A DNA stretch of 64,000 nt from Candidatus Hodarchaeota archaeon (GCA_048886685.1 JBHLKM010000001.1:358623-422622); one strand, 5' to 3'. Positions 19,506-30,385 are shown, numbered from the stretch's first letter. Notes: a model not told the origin generated them from the sequence alone. Made by a program: numbers and translations.

Positions 19506-19946
19506 TTAAGAGTCTCCGCTGTTCTTTAATCTTACTTCTTCAATTTTTATTTCTTTAAATATATTTTTAATCTTTTCTAATGAATTCCTTAAATCCTTTT
19601 TTTTACTGTCAGAAATGCCTAAATTTAGATAACATTCATAATAGATGTGCCTTTTAATCTTTAAAAAGCCGGATGTATGGATAACTTGAAATTTCTGAAG
19701 TATTTTTGATATTTCTTTTAGTATGTTTTTAGATAATTTAATACCATATAAACTAATCTTAATGACTTTTTCTTTCTTTATGGGGTAAATTGATAGTTTT
19801 ATAGAATTTTCAATAGAGGATTGGATGATTAATAAATTATTGTAATCTTTTAAGTTTTTAAATTTCGAGAGAGAAATTCTTGGGTTAGTATTCAAAAAAT
19901 CCTCTAATTGTTGAATATACGCATCTGTTATATTTAAACTATCCAT
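19506..19946 (-). CDS. hypothetical protein (possible ACT-like C-terminal domain)
   Basis: 146-aa ORF co-oriented with RNase P genes; VIHTSG...YECY beta-alpha-beta pattern. Confidence 0.55.
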   Translation of the reverse strand: MDSLNITDAYIQQLEDFLNTNPRISLSKFKNLKDYNNLLIIQSSIENSIKLSIYPIKKEKVIKISLYGIKLSKNILKEISKILQKFQVIHTSGFLKIKRHIYYECYLNLGISDSKKKDLRNSLEKIKNIFKEIKIEEVRLKNSGDS

Positions 19947-19966
19947 TCTATATACAAATGATATTA

Positions 19967-20317
19967 TTAATCTATTTTATTCTTTTTTATGATGGGGCTT
20001 TTTTTTTTTAATGATTTTATAGTACCAGAAGTCTTTAATGGAGATAAAATAACTCTTTTTCCATTTATTTCCTGAACAAGGGTTAATGCTGTAATAATTA
20101 CCTCTTTAGTTTCATGAGAGAATCTTATAATTGCATAATTCTCTGTTAAATTTAAATCAACTAGCCATAATCCAATTTTATTTGCTTCTTTCATCCCAAA
20201 ATAATGCCATATTGACTGCCATACAGATTTAAGAATAACATTTTGATCTAGAGATAGGTCTGATTCCTTTATTATTTTGAACATAATGTATCTTTGCCTT
20301 TCTTTTTTAGTGATAAT
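19967..20317 (-). CDS. rnp2: RNase P subunit Pop5/Rpp14; start probably upstream of the track ATG (ATT 20317 or ATC 20314)
   Basis: In-frame upstream KKERQRYIMF motif, YFG, TSGTIKSL; GAGGAG at 20327-20322. Confidence 0.85.
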   Translation of the reverse strand: MITKKERQRYIMFKIIKESDLSLDQNVILKSVWQSIWHYFGMKEANKIGLWLVDLNLTENYAIIRFSHETKEVIITALTLVQEINGKRVILSPLKTSGTIKSLKKKSPIIKKNKID

Positions 20318-20347
20318 AAATCTCCTCTTAAGTTAATTAAAAATTTA

Positions 20348-21019
20348 TTAGCATTTATAAATTTTTTCTATTAGCATTTTTGGATTTGTAATATAAGCTT
20401 TTTTTGCTATATTTATAGGAATTTCTAAAAGTGAGTTACAGATGCTTATTAATGCTCTTGGATGTCTGTAATCAAATAAATTCATAAAGTTTCCACTGAT
20501 TATATAATTAGCTTTTGATTTTAGTGCTATATGGATGAATTTATATAAAGTTCTAAAGTTTTTTGATTGAATTGTTTTATTATTCACCATTATTGGTGCC
20601 AAAGAAAATTCTATAAAAATATTATTCTGCTTAGTTAAAGAAATTACCCCAGAGGTAAGTGTTTTTATAATTTCTGGATCAGAAAAAGAAACAATATCAA
20701 CTCTTGAATCTTTCGAACACTGCAATTGTACCTCTCTATTCAGAGATTCTATTGATAGTATATCTCTAAAATTGTTAAATTTTTTTATTTTTTTCTTAAA
20801 TTCTTCAATAGTTTTTACTCGTAAATTAATTCGGAAATATACATTAACATTTGATTTATTTTCTATTTTTTGTCTAATATCTATAGGAACTTTTTCAATG
20901 TCATTCTTTGGTTCTAAAATTATATTTTTTATACCTAATTCTCTACAAAATTCTAATCTCTTTTTAACTTCATCAATATTTTTTATATCTACAGGCAGTC
21001 TTGATTCAAAATATGACAA
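20348..21019 (-). CDS. rnp3: RNase P subunit Rpp30
   Basis: RVDIVS, IFIEFSLAP, ISGN...DYRHPRALIS; adjacent to Pop5. Confidence 0.85.
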   Translation of the reverse strand: MSYFESRLPVDIKNIDEVKKRLEFCRELGIKNIILEPKNDIEKVPIDIRQKIENKSNVNVYFRINLRVKTIEEFKKKIKKFNNFRDILSIESLNREVQLQCSKDSRVDIVSFSDPEIIKTLTSGVISLTKQNNIFIEFSLAPIMVNNKTIQSKNFRTLYKFIHIALKSKANYIISGNFMNLFDYRHPRALISICNSLLEIPINIAKKAYITNPKMLIEKIYKC

Positions 21020-21137
21020 TAAGGTATTTACCTCAAAAAAATGTTTTACATTATATAATTAATCTAGGGTCTCTGAAAATAAAAAAATTTTATTATAAAT
21101 AAATATTTAAAATGGTGATTTTTCGAAAAAAAGGGGT

Positions 21138-22433
21138 GTGTATTTGATTAAAAGAAGAAAGCTCTCAGAAGTAAGAAAAAAGATTGATGATGGGACTGCT
21201 GTCGTATTCACAGTGCAAGAATTATTAAATCTAATTAGGAATGATGAAGAAGTTAAGTTTGAGGATGTTGACGTAATAACAACAGCAACAAAAGCTCTTA
21301 TGAGTGGAATTATGGGAATTTTTTCATTCCGATTAACACCACCTAAAACTTTGCGAAAATTTACGAAAGTGAGTATGAATGGAATCCCTTGTTTTCCTGG
21401 TCCTTGTCCAAATGAATACTTGGGCATAGTAGATTTGATAGTCTATGGAACAGCTCAAAGTGAGACAGTAGAAAATTATTGTGGTGGTTCATTGTTTAGA
21501 GAGCTTGTGGAAGGAAAGAATATAAAAATCCTAGCAAAGAGTGCTGAAGGTGAAACTGTGAAGAGTGATATGACTTTAGAAGATATGCAATTTGCTAAAT
21601 TAATGGGCACTAGACAGTCTATTAAAAATTACAATGCAATGATTAACTGTGAAACATATGAAGTAAATACTATTTTTTCTTGTCTTCCATTTAACCCCGA
21701 TAATTCAGAAATTACTTTTTCTGGATGTGGTGCTTTAAATCCTTTTCAGAATGATCCTGAGTTTGAATCTTTCGGTGTTGGTTCACCAATTCTGGTAAAT
21801 GGAAATATTGGTTACCTTGTTGGACCTGGTACTCGTAATTATATTGCTAAGCCTAATATGATGACAATAGCAGCTTTTAAGGGGATGAAACCGGAATTTA
21901 TGGGTGCTTTTAAAACTTCTTATGGGTTAGAGCCGATATGTAGTTTAGCCCTTCCTATCCCCATATTAAATGAGAATATCTTTAACAATCTCGTAAAATC
22001 TGATAGAGATGTTAAATTGAATATATTAAGTTTGATAGGTAGAGAAAAAGTAGGAGAAATTACCTATGGGGACGTTTGGGATAATAATTTCAGAATGAAG
22101 TTTAATCCTGAAGTATGTAAAAGATGTGATAAATGTGATGTTATTGATAAATGCCCAACAGACGCATTTATTATCAATAACGGCATTATTACCGGAGTAG
22201 ATCGATTACGCTGTTTTAATTGTGGTAATTGTGCTATTTTATGTCCAGAAGCCTTTGAATTGGATTTGAAATCAATTAAATTTGAAGAAAAGGAAATACC
22301 AGTTGTTTTAAGACAATCAGATAGAAATGGAGCAATAATTTTAGCTGAACAATTGAAATCTATGATCCTTAGCGGAGAATTTCCTTTAAAAAAACCGATT
22401 AGTAAATTAAAATTTGCTAAAGAGGTAAAATAA
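21138..22433 (+). CDS. DUF39/homocysteine-synthase-family protein with C-terminal 2x[4Fe-4S] ferredoxin (methanogenesis marker 16-like)
   Basis: DVDVITTAT..MSG, GPCPNEYLG, FSGCGALNPFQNDP, CKRCDKC...CP, CFNCGNC...CP, RQSDR. Confidence 0.8.
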   Translation: MYLIKRRKLSEVRKKIDDGTAVVFTVQELLNLIRNDEEVKFEDVDVITTATKALMSGIMGIFSFRLTPPKTLRKFTKVSMNGIPCFPGPCPNEYLGIVDLIVYGTAQSETVENYCGGSLFRELVEGKNIKILAKSAEGETVKSDMTLEDMQFAKLMGTRQSIKNYNAMINCETYEVNTIFSCLPFNPDNSEITFSGCGALNPFQNDPEFESFGVGSPILVNGNIGYLVGPGTRNYIAKPNMMTIAAFKGMKPEFMGAFKTSYGLEPICSLALPIPILNENIFNNLVKSDRDVKLNILSLIGREKVGEITYGDVWDNNFRMKFNPEVCKRCDKCDVIDKCPTDAFIINNGIITGVDRLRCFNCGNCAILCPEAFELDLKSIKFEEKEIPVVLRQSDRNGAIILAEQLKSMILSGEFPLKKPISKLKFAKEVK

Positions 22434-22607
22434 GAAACATTTTATAGGCAAGATAAAAACAGGAAGATAGGGGAATGTTAATTATTGGATTTTGCTTACT
22501 ATAATTCAATTATTAACCTCTACTTGATACTTTCTAACATAGATATCTTTGATATTATCGGATTTATCGGTAAAAAAGTTTATCTTTAATTTGTAATTTA
22601 GAGAATT

Positions 22608-24341
22608 ATGAGTAATCAAATATTGAATGGTGGAGATTTAACGGTTAAATCCCTCTTAAAAGCGGGAGTTTCAAAAATATTTGGGTTAGTTGGTGGTGAA
22701 TTATTAAAAATTTATGATGCAATAGAACGTTGGGGTCGAGAACAGGGCATTGACACAGTTATGGTAAGACATGAACAGGCAGGAGGACATATGGCAGACG
22801 CGTGGGCTAGATCCACTGGAGAAATTGGGGTTTGTTTAGGAACTGTTGGACCTGGAGTAACTCACCTTGTCCCTGCCGTAGCCACCGCTAATGCTGATTC
22901 TATTCCTTTATTAGTTATTGGGGCTCAGATAGGTAGGATGTTTGAAGATACTGGTATTCTACAAGGAGGAATTGATCAAATAGCTTTAATGAAACCCATA
23001 ACAAAAGCTCAAATCCAAGTAGAAGAACCTTATGAGATCCCTAAAGCTCTTCAAAAAGCAATAAGAATTGCTTTATCTGGAAGAAGAGGGCCCGTATACA
23101 TGGAATTTAGGGAAACTGCTTTGGTTAGAAACGCAACTGAGGATGCCAATAAAGAAATTTTAAATCCTGAAAAATATAGACCTATTAATAGACCAAATAG
23201 TGGGCCGGAAGATATTAAACAAGCAGTTGAAATCTTAAAAAGCGCTAAAAGACCATTAATCGTGGCTGGTGGTGGTGTAATTGCTTCAGAAGCTTCAAAG
23301 GAATTAATACTACTATCCGAAACCTATGTCATACCTTCAGGAACTACAATTAACGGGATAGGATCAATCGGAAGCGACAAAAAAACCTTTTTAGATTCCT
23401 ATTTGATTAATGCCTCATATCGTACAGCTGCATCTGAAGCAGATGTGGTTTTATCACTTGGTTGTAAATGGGATTATTCAATATTTTATGGAACAAAACC
23501 TCTCTGGAATCAAGATCAAAAAGTAATTCAAATTGACATTGATCCTAATGAAATTGGTAAAAACAGATCAATCGAGCTAGGTATTATTGGCGATTGTAAA
23601 GCAGTTCTCAATCAACTATTACATGAAATGGAGGAAAACCTTCCAAAAAACAAAATAACGGAATGGACAGAATGGAATAATTATTTACAAGAAATTAGGC
23701 AAAATCAATTAACCTCAAATCTAAAATTACTTGATTCCAAAAAATCACCAATGAAACCAGAAAGACTTGTGTATGAATTGTTTGATTATGTTCCAGAAGA
23801 TACACAAATAGTACTAGACGGAGGTGATATTGTAATTTTTTCCTACAAATTTATAAACCATAAACCAAGGTCGCCTAGATCAACATTTTTCCCAATATCA
23901 ATGGGTCATCTAGGAATTGGTATTCCTTATTCGATTGCAGTTAAATTGGCAAAACCAGATAAACTTGTAGTGTGTTTATCCGGAGATGGAAGTTTTTTAT
24001 TCAATGTACAGGAATTAGAAACGGCAGTAAGATTAAATTTACCAATAATCGTTGTCATTGCTAATAATTGTGCATGGGGGATGATAAAAAGTAACCAAAA
24101 AAGAGGTTATGGAAAAAGGTATTGCGATGTAGATTTTCCTCCAATAAATTATTCTGAAATAGCCAAAGGTTTTGGGTGCTATGGAGAAAAGATTAAAAAA
24201 CCAGAGGAAATTAAGCATGCAGTACGACGAGCTATAGATTCCAAGAAGCCAGCAGTCATAGATGTTGATATTTCATTTGAAACCCCCACTCCAATGAGGT
24301 TTTTAGCTCAATATAAAAAGAATATGGGACTTTATGGATAG
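22608..24341 (+). CDS. thiamine pyrophosphate-binding enzyme (acetolactate synthase/2-hydroxyacyl-CoA lyase family)
   Basis: VRHEQAGGHMADAWAR, GPG, GDGSF...NNCAWG TPP motif. Confidence 0.9.
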   Translation: MSNQILNGGDLTVKSLLKAGVSKIFGLVGGELLKIYDAIERWGREQGIDTVMVRHEQAGGHMADAWARSTGEIGVCLGTVGPGVTHLVPAVATANADSIPLLVIGAQIGRMFEDTGILQGGIDQIALMKPITKAQIQVEEPYEIPKALQKAIRIALSGRRGPVYMEFRETALVRNATEDANKEILNPEKYRPINRPNSGPEDIKQAVEILKSAKRPLIVAGGGVIASEASKELILLSETYVIPSGTTINGIGSIGSDKKTFLDSYLINASYRTAASEADVVLSLGCKWDYSIFYGTKPLWNQDQKVIQIDIDPNEIGKNRSIELGIIGDCKAVLNQLLHEMEENLPKNKITEWTEWNNYLQEIRQNQLTSNLKLLDSKKSPMKPERLVYELFDYVPEDTQIVLDGGDIVIFSYKFINHKPRSPRSTFFPISMGHLGIGIPYSIAVKLAKPDKLVVCLSGDGSFLFNVQELETAVRLNLPIIVVIANNCAWGMIKSNQKRGYGKRYCDVDFPPINYSEIAKGFGCYGEKIKKPEEIKHAVRRAIDSKKPAVIDVDISFETPTPMRFLAQYKKNMGLYG

Positions 24342-24384
24342 TATATATTATATAAAATAATGTATCTAGAAAAGAGATGGAATT

Positions 24385-25179
24385 ATGAATGAAAATTTTT
24401 TAGAAGGAAAAGTAGCCCTGGTTACAGGTGCGGGTAGTGGATTTGGGCGCGAAATGGCTCTTGCATTCGCAAGTAAAGGGGCAAGCTTGGTTCTAAATGA
24501 TATTGATTTTGAAGCTATTAAAGAAACTCGTGAGATGGTTTTAAAATTATTTAATGTTGATATCTTACTAGCAGAAGCAGACATTTCTAATGAGGAACAA
24601 GTTGATGCTATGAGAAGCAACGTTTTTCAAAAATTTGATAATGTATTTCTTTTGGTAAATAATGCGGGAATAAGAGGGGGATCATCATCCTTAAAAACTA
24701 AGACTAAGGATTATAACCGGATTATGGATGTAAATGTGAAAGGTGCATGGAATGTAACGAAATCTTTTTATAGAAAAATGGCCAAACAAAAATTTAAGCC
24801 AGTTACTGGAAAAATTATTAATATAACTTCATGTGCGGGTACAGAATGTGGTTTAAATCCTTTTATTGGTATGTACAGTGTAAGTAAAGCGGCTCTTATT
24901 GCCTTTACGAAACTCTGGGCTCTTGAATTAGGGCCAAATAACATTACGGTGAATGCAATTTGTCCTGGTATTTTTCTTACACCAATATACAATAATGATC
25001 CTGAATTTATTAGAGAATGGATAAAACTTAGAAATATCAAGCTCCCTTTAGACAAGATTGGAGAAGCTAGCCAGGTTGCCGACGTTGCATTATTCTTAGC
25101 ATCTCCAGCTTCTGATTATATTACAGGTCAAAATATTATTATTGATGGAGGAATGACCATTTCTATCAATAAATTATAA
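24385..25179 (+). CDS. classical short-chain dehydrogenase/reductase
   Basis: TGAGSGFG, NNAG, YSVSK catalytic motif. Confidence 0.93.
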   Translation: MNENFLEGKVALVTGAGSGFGREMALAFASKGASLVLNDIDFEAIKETREMVLKLFNVDILLAEADISNEEQVDAMRSNVFQKFDNVFLLVNNAGIRGGSSSLKTKTKDYNRIMDVNVKGAWNVTKSFYRKMAKQKFKPVTGKIINITSCAGTECGLNPFIGMYSVSKAALIAFTKLWALELGPNNITVNAICPGIFLTPIYNNDPEFIREWIKLRNIKLPLDKIGEASQVADVALFLASPASDYITGQNIIIDGGMTISINKL

Positions 25180-25248
25180 TCACACATTTCTCCTAAATTT
25201 TGAAGTTAAAATGTTAATAAACTCTTGATTTGTATTTAGAAGATTCAC

Positions 25249-25680
25249 CTAAGATATTTTTTCACATTCTTCATTAATAACTTTCATAGTTACGTTGAAA
25301 TCCTGCCACCAGTCTTGACCTTGTTGAGCAACCAACATTGGATCTATTTTTCGAGTGTCTAAACATCTTATTTCTTCTTTTAAAGCTTTAATTTTACTTT
25401 TCCAAATTTCAGAAAATATACCTTGTATATTTATTTTTACCTTTTTGACTAATTCTTCATAAGTCACTGAAACATCTTCAGATTTTTGCAACTTTTGAAG
25501 CTGTTCGAATTTAACTTTTTCTTTTGCTCGATTTAAATCCCCACAGCTAATATTAATAGAAAAAGGTTCATCTTTTCCCCATTTACAAAATGTCTGAATT
25601 TCACATAGAGAACAATAATCATTAAAACTTATGGTATAATCCTCTAATCCGATAATTGAATAATTCAAAATTTTCGGCAT
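25249..25680 (-). CDS. hypothetical Cys-containing protein
   Basis: 143 aa; YCSLCEIQTFC...SC possible metal site. Confidence 0.65.
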   Translation of the reverse strand: MPKILNYSIIGLEDYTISFNDYCSLCEIQTFCKWGKDEPFSINISCGDLNRAKEKVKFEQLQKLQKSEDVSVTYEELVKKVKINIQGIFSEIWKSKIKALKEEIRCLDTRKIDPMLVAQQGQDWWQDFNVTMKVINEECEKIS

Positions 25681-25827
25681 GAATACTACCTAGTTTTTTA
25701 ACTAAAAATAAAACCAATACACTATTATACTTTAGGTCAAAAAATTTTTTAAACGTGTATTATTAAATTTATTAGTTCGGTACTGAAATTTAAAAAAATT
25801 TCATATTAAAGCTAAATTTCCCAAAAA

Positions 25828-25901
25828 GGGAGAGTGGCTTAGCCTGGTATAGCGCACGGCTGATAACCGTGAGGTCGGGGGTTCGAAGCCCCCCTTTCCC
25901 A
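25828..25901 (+). tRNA. tRNA-Ile(GAT), no intron
   Basis: Acceptor GGGAGAG/CTTTCCC, anticodon arm CACGG-CTGATAA-CCGTG, T arm GGGGG-TTCGAAG-CCCCC. Confidence 0.96.
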
Positions 25902-25965
25902 TTTTTTTTTTCTTTGAGTTAATTTCAATAAATCCCTATTATTTTTTTAATTATCTTACTATAAT

Positions 25966-26571
25966 ATGAATTTGAAAATGAAAAATATTATAATCTCTGG
26001 TACTCCAGGTTGTGGTAAAACGTCCGTGGCAAATGAATTGTCTAAATTAGTTAATGCTAAAATTATTTCTTTAAATGAGGAAGCAATTTCTGATAATTTT
26101 TCCTTCGAATATGACAATGAAAGGAAAACTCATATTGTGGATTTTAAAATATTTCTTCCCTATATCATAAAAAAAATCAAGAAAATAAAAAGAGAAAATC
26201 CTCATTTTTTGATAATAGAGAGTCATTTTTCTGATATTATCCCAAAAAAATATATTGATCTTGTCTTTATTTTGAGATGTGATCCAGATGAATTAGTAAA
26301 TCGGCTAAAAGGAAAGAATTATAATCCAAAAAAAATAACAGAAAATGTTCAAACAGAAATATTGGGAAATTGTGTGAATTATTTTATTCAAAAAAAAATC
26401 AAAAAACCTCTTTATGAAATTGATACTACTAACTTTAGTATTGAATCAGTAACAAGGATAGTAAAAGATATAATAGATGGGAAAATAGATAGGAAAAAAT
26501 ATCAGGTAGGTAAAATCGATTGGTTAGAAAAACTATATCAAGAAGATCGGTTGAAAGAATTCTTCGATTAA
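25966..26571 (+). CDS. Fap7/AK6-type adenylate kinase
   Basis: ISGTPGCGKTS Walker A, IIESH motif, ENVQTEILG. Confidence 0.88.
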   Translation: MNLKMKNIIISGTPGCGKTSVANELSKLVNAKIISLNEEAISDNFSFEYDNERKTHIVDFKIFLPYIIKKIKKIKRENPHFLIIESHFSDIIPKKYIDLVFILRCDPDELVNRLKGKNYNPKKITENVQTEILGNCVNYFIQKKIKKPLYEIDTTNFSIESVTRIVKDIIDGKIDRKKYQVGKIDWLEKLYQEDRLKEFFD

Positions 26572-26589
26572 GAAAAGAATATAATTAGT

Positions 26590-28245
26590 GTGAAAAAAGT
26601 GAATTGGGAGATAACTGAAATAGATGCTTTAGGACGGATAGGCAAAATAACCGTTAATAATAAGGATATGATTACTCCAAATTTGTTTCCCGTTGTCCAT
26701 CCTTATAAAAACATCCTTAATATTTCAGATCTTAAGAAGATAGGAGCTCAAGCTGTTTTTACAAATGCTTACATTATCTATCAGAATCCGCAACTGAGAG
26801 ATATGGTTTTAGAAAAAGGAATACATAAATTTTTGAATTTTAATGGAATTATAGCCACAGATAGCGGAGCTTTTCAAAAATATATGTATAATAATACTGA
26901 TATTAAAATTAATCCAGAAATCATTGAAAAATTCCAAGAAGAGATTGGCTCAGATTTTCCGGTAATTTTAGACGTACCAGTTCAACCTGATGACGATTAT
27001 AAAACTGCAAAAGAAAAAGTAGATTTATCTATACAAAGAGCTAAAGACAATATTAATAGAAGAACTAATGATACATGCTATTGGTTTGGTCCAATTCACG
27101 GAGCAAAATATTTTGACTTATTAAAAATAAGTACTTTTGAAATGGCTAAATTAGATTTTAGTGTTTATGCAATTGGAGGTTTAGTTAAATCGTTATTAAA
27201 TTATAGATTTGATTTAGTAATTAAAATACTTTTAAATGTAAAAAAAAATATAGTTATGAATAAGCCAATTCATATGTTTGGATTAGGTTTACCGCAATTC
27301 TTTTCTTTGGCAGTAGCTTGTGGGTGTGATTTGATGGATTCTGCTGCTTATGCTCTTTTTGCTGAAGAAAATAGATATTTTACTTTATCTACAGGAACAA
27401 GGAAGTTAGAGGAACTTGAAGAATTCCCTTGCCATTGTCCTATTTGTTGCCAATATAACCCTAAAGAGGTAAAAAACTTTGAAAGTGAATTTCGAACTGA
27501 ACTATTAGCAAAACATAACTTATATATTTCCTTTTCAGAATTGAGAACTGTTCGACAAGCTATTAAGGAAGGTAATTTATGGGAGCTTGTAGAGCAAAGA
27601 GTAAGGAGTCACCCCCATTTAGTAAATGCTCTAAATTCAATAAAATCGAACCTACCCCTTTTTGAGATGTGTGAAAAGATATATAAATCGCACGGAAGAT
27701 TGTACGCTTCTCCAGAGAGTTTGAATAGACCATTGCTACATCGTTATGATTTAAAGCTAAGAAATAACTATAGAGTTCCATTAGAAGCGAAGTTTTTAAT
27801 ATTGTTGCCTGAATTGGATGTAAAAGGTTATAAATCACCAAGTATAAAAAGATGGATGGAGGAAATAGATAATAATACAATTATACCTAGAAATTTACTT
27901 CACGTGGTCTTTATTTCTGAATTCTTTGGAATTATTCCACTTGAATTAAGTTCTACTTTTCCAATGGGACAATATGAATCAATAGATAGTTTAGGGATTA
28001 ATAATAAGTTATCTCGAAATATAGAACAAAAGTTTAAGAATTTCTTTAAAATATATAGTCATCATTATAATAAATGTGGAGTATTAATTCCAGAAAAATT
28101 TATCAATCAATTCAATGAAGAGACAGATTATTCAAAAAAAGAGATTATGATTAGCCTATTCGAAAAGATAAGATTAAATGTTTCGCTAAATATTTCCGTT
28201 TTTAATGATATATCGGGTGTTTTAAATTTTTTCAAGGTTGAATGA
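26590..28245 (+). CDS. tgtA: archaeosine tRNA-guanine(15) transglycosylase
   Basis: TDSGAFQ, HMFGLG, GCDLMDSAAY, CHCPIC zinc site, HNL, WELVEQRVRSHP; no obvious C-terminal PUA domain. Confidence 0.93.
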   Translation: MKKVNWEITEIDALGRIGKITVNNKDMITPNLFPVVHPYKNILNISDLKKIGAQAVFTNAYIIYQNPQLRDMVLEKGIHKFLNFNGIIATDSGAFQKYMYNNTDIKINPEIIEKFQEEIGSDFPVILDVPVQPDDDYKTAKEKVDLSIQRAKDNINRRTNDTCYWFGPIHGAKYFDLLKISTFEMAKLDFSVYAIGGLVKSLLNYRFDLVIKILLNVKKNIVMNKPIHMFGLGLPQFFSLAVACGCDLMDSAAYALFAEENRYFTLSTGTRKLEELEEFPCHCPICCQYNPKEVKNFESEFRTELLAKHNLYISFSELRTVRQAIKEGNLWELVEQRVRSHPHLVNALNSIKSNLPLFEMCEKIYKSHGRLYASPESLNRPLLHRYDLKLRNNYRVPLEAKFLILLPELDVKGYKSPSIKRWMEEIDNNTIIPRNLLHVVFISEFFGIIPLELSSTFPMGQYESIDSLGINNKLSRNIEQKFKNFFKIYSHHYNKCGVLIPEKFINQFNEETDYSKKEIMISLFEKIRLNVSLNISVFNDISGVLNFFKVE

Positions 28246-28248
28246 TTT

Positions 28249-28671
28249 TTGACAATAGTAGAAAAAATTCATGCATACGGGCATGAGAATATAATATGTA
28301 GACATAATTCTACAATAGAAATTACAAAAGATAAAAACCTAACTAAAAAGGGGGATTGTATAATAGGTGTGAATGCTTCAAAAGCTTGTAATGACCTAAC
28401 TTTAGAAACGAAAAATCAAATAAAAAGTGGAAAAAAGTTTAAAATTGTGTTAAAAGTGGAAAATATACAAGATTGTTTTTATGGTTTTGGAAATAAGGAA
28501 TTACGATTATTAGATAACAACGATATGGTTTTCCGTAAAAGCAATTTTATTTGTGATAGGACTGTTTTAATAAACTGCACAAAATCATCAATTGAATTAA
28601 ACAGAGATTTAACCAGAACCTTAAAAAATCCTAAAACGAAATTATTGATAAGTATTGAAGTAGATGAGTGA
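28249..28671 (+). CDS. DUF371 family protein
   Basis: GHENI...H..TIEITKD..LTKKGDCIIGV, RKSNFICDRT. Confidence 0.88.
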   Translation: MTIVEKIHAYGHENIICRHNSTIEITKDKNLTKKGDCIIGVNASKACNDLTLETKNQIKSGKKFKIVLKVENIQDCFYGFGNKELRLLDNNDMVFRKSNFICDRTVLINCTKSSIELNRDLTRTLKNPKTKLLISIEVDE

Positions 28672-29824
28672 AAAAGATCTAGATAATAAATCTAAAATCA
28701 CATTTATAAAGCTTAAAAAAACAGATGCTCAATATTTTATCCAATTTGTAAAAAATAATTTCAAATTTGATTCAGTTATTGATAATAAATACAAATCAGA
28801 GCATATCGAGAACGATATTATATTCCCGTTGGTAGAAAATAAAAAGATTATTGATAAATTAGTGAAGACCATGGAAAATCTCATTTCTTTCGATTTTGTT
28901 TCTAAAAGAGGGGAAATCAATCCAAATTTCAAATATAAAACCCTAAGAGAAGCATTAAGAGGGAATATTCCAACTCAATACTTAAATATAATTCCAAAAT
29001 CTTATGATATTATCGGAAATATCGCAATTCTAGAGTTTGAGAAACCAGACCAAGTTAATAATAGTAAATATAATGAAATTAAAGACATAGTAGCTAAAGC
29101 AGTAATTGATGTAAATAAAAGTGTCCTATCTGTATTTGAAAAAAAAAGTCAAATCAAAGGGTCATACCGATTAAGGGATTTAGCTTATTTGGGAGGTGAA
29201 AATAACTCTATAACAGTACATAAAGAAAATAATTGCGTTTTCCATCTCGATATAAAAACGACCTATTTTTCACCAAGGTTAGTCTATGAAAGACGTAGAA
29301 TTTCGGAAAGCAACATACAAAAAGATGAGGTGATTGTTGACATGTTTAGTGGTGTGGGCACTTTTTCTATCCAAATAGCTAAGTTAAATCCAGTATTAAT
29401 CCACGCCTTCGATTTAAACCTTGCTGCTTATAAGTTTCTTAAAAGAAATATTGATTCAAATAAGCTCAAGGGCAAGGTTTTTCCTTATAATATGAATATT
29501 AGAGATTTAATTAATCCATCAAACCAAACAGGAAGGATGTTATATAATAATACAGACCGTATTATAATGAATTTACCTGAAAATTCTATAAATTTTATAG
29601 ATGTAGCATGTTTCTTAATGAAAAAATCAGGAGGAATATTACACTTTTACCAGTTTTCAGAAAAACCTTATGCAATAGAAAAAACAATAGAAGCTTTAAA
29701 TAAGAAATTAAATGAATTCAATTGGACTATCAATAATATTTTTGACTCTAAAATTGTAAAATCGTACTCTCCTAAAGCAGAATTAGTAGTAGTTGATTTA
29801 TATATTAAGAATTTACACTCTTAA
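28664..29824 (+). CDS. trm5: Trm5/TYW2-family tRNA methyltransferase
   Basis: SYDIIGNIA, YFSPRL..ER, VDMFSGVG, DRIIMNLP. Confidence 0.85.
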   Translation: MSEKDLDNKSKITFIKLKKTDAQYFIQFVKNNFKFDSVIDNKYKSEHIENDIIFPLVENKKIIDKLVKTMENLISFDFVSKRGEINPNFKYKTLREALRGNIPTQYLNIIPKSYDIIGNIAILEFEKPDQVNNSKYNEIKDIVAKAVIDVNKSVLSVFEKKSQIKGSYRLRDLAYLGGENNSITVHKENNCVFHLDIKTTYFSPRLVYERRRISESNIQKDEVIVDMFSGVGTFSIQIAKLNPVLIHAFDLNLAAYKFLKRNIDSNKLKGKVFPYNMNIRDLINPSNQTGRMLYNNTDRIIMNLPENSINFIDVACFLMKKSGGILHFYQFSEKPYAIEKTIEALNKKLNEFNWTINNIFDSKIVKSYSPKAELVVVDLYIKNLHS

Positions 29825-30385
29825 GTAAAACTTTATTTTTATTTTCTAATTTTTCAAGTTCACTTTATTTAAAGTAGGAATTTTTATTTCTAATTTCCTA
29901 TAAAACCTTAAAGAATATCATTTTCAGTATAATTCTTTTCTTTGTAGTTTAAATAGTAGAATGAAAATATTATAATATGCCACGCGGTGGAGAAATAGGT
30001 AGTTAATATATTTAAGAATCATTTCCTGATTCTCCTATTTTATTCCTCTCTTTTTTATTTTACATGAAAACATCCTATATGAATCAATTAACCTCTATCA
30101 GTTGTTCTTAGGCTTTAATTCTACTATAATTTTTTTTATGTACCTTAAAAGAATGATTATAAAAATAAAATATACCAGGCAATGCAGAAGTAAGGAATTA
30201 AATGGCCTTAGAATCATATAACAATCCTATTATTTCTCATTCTTCTTTTTTGACACTCTATGATTTTATAAGTCTCTTTTATATGAAATTATGGTTGTTT
30301 AAAAATAGAATTAGATAATATTATTTAAAGACTAAAAAGAATTATAACTTTTTTCAATCAAAATCTAAAAAAAAATGAAAAGACA

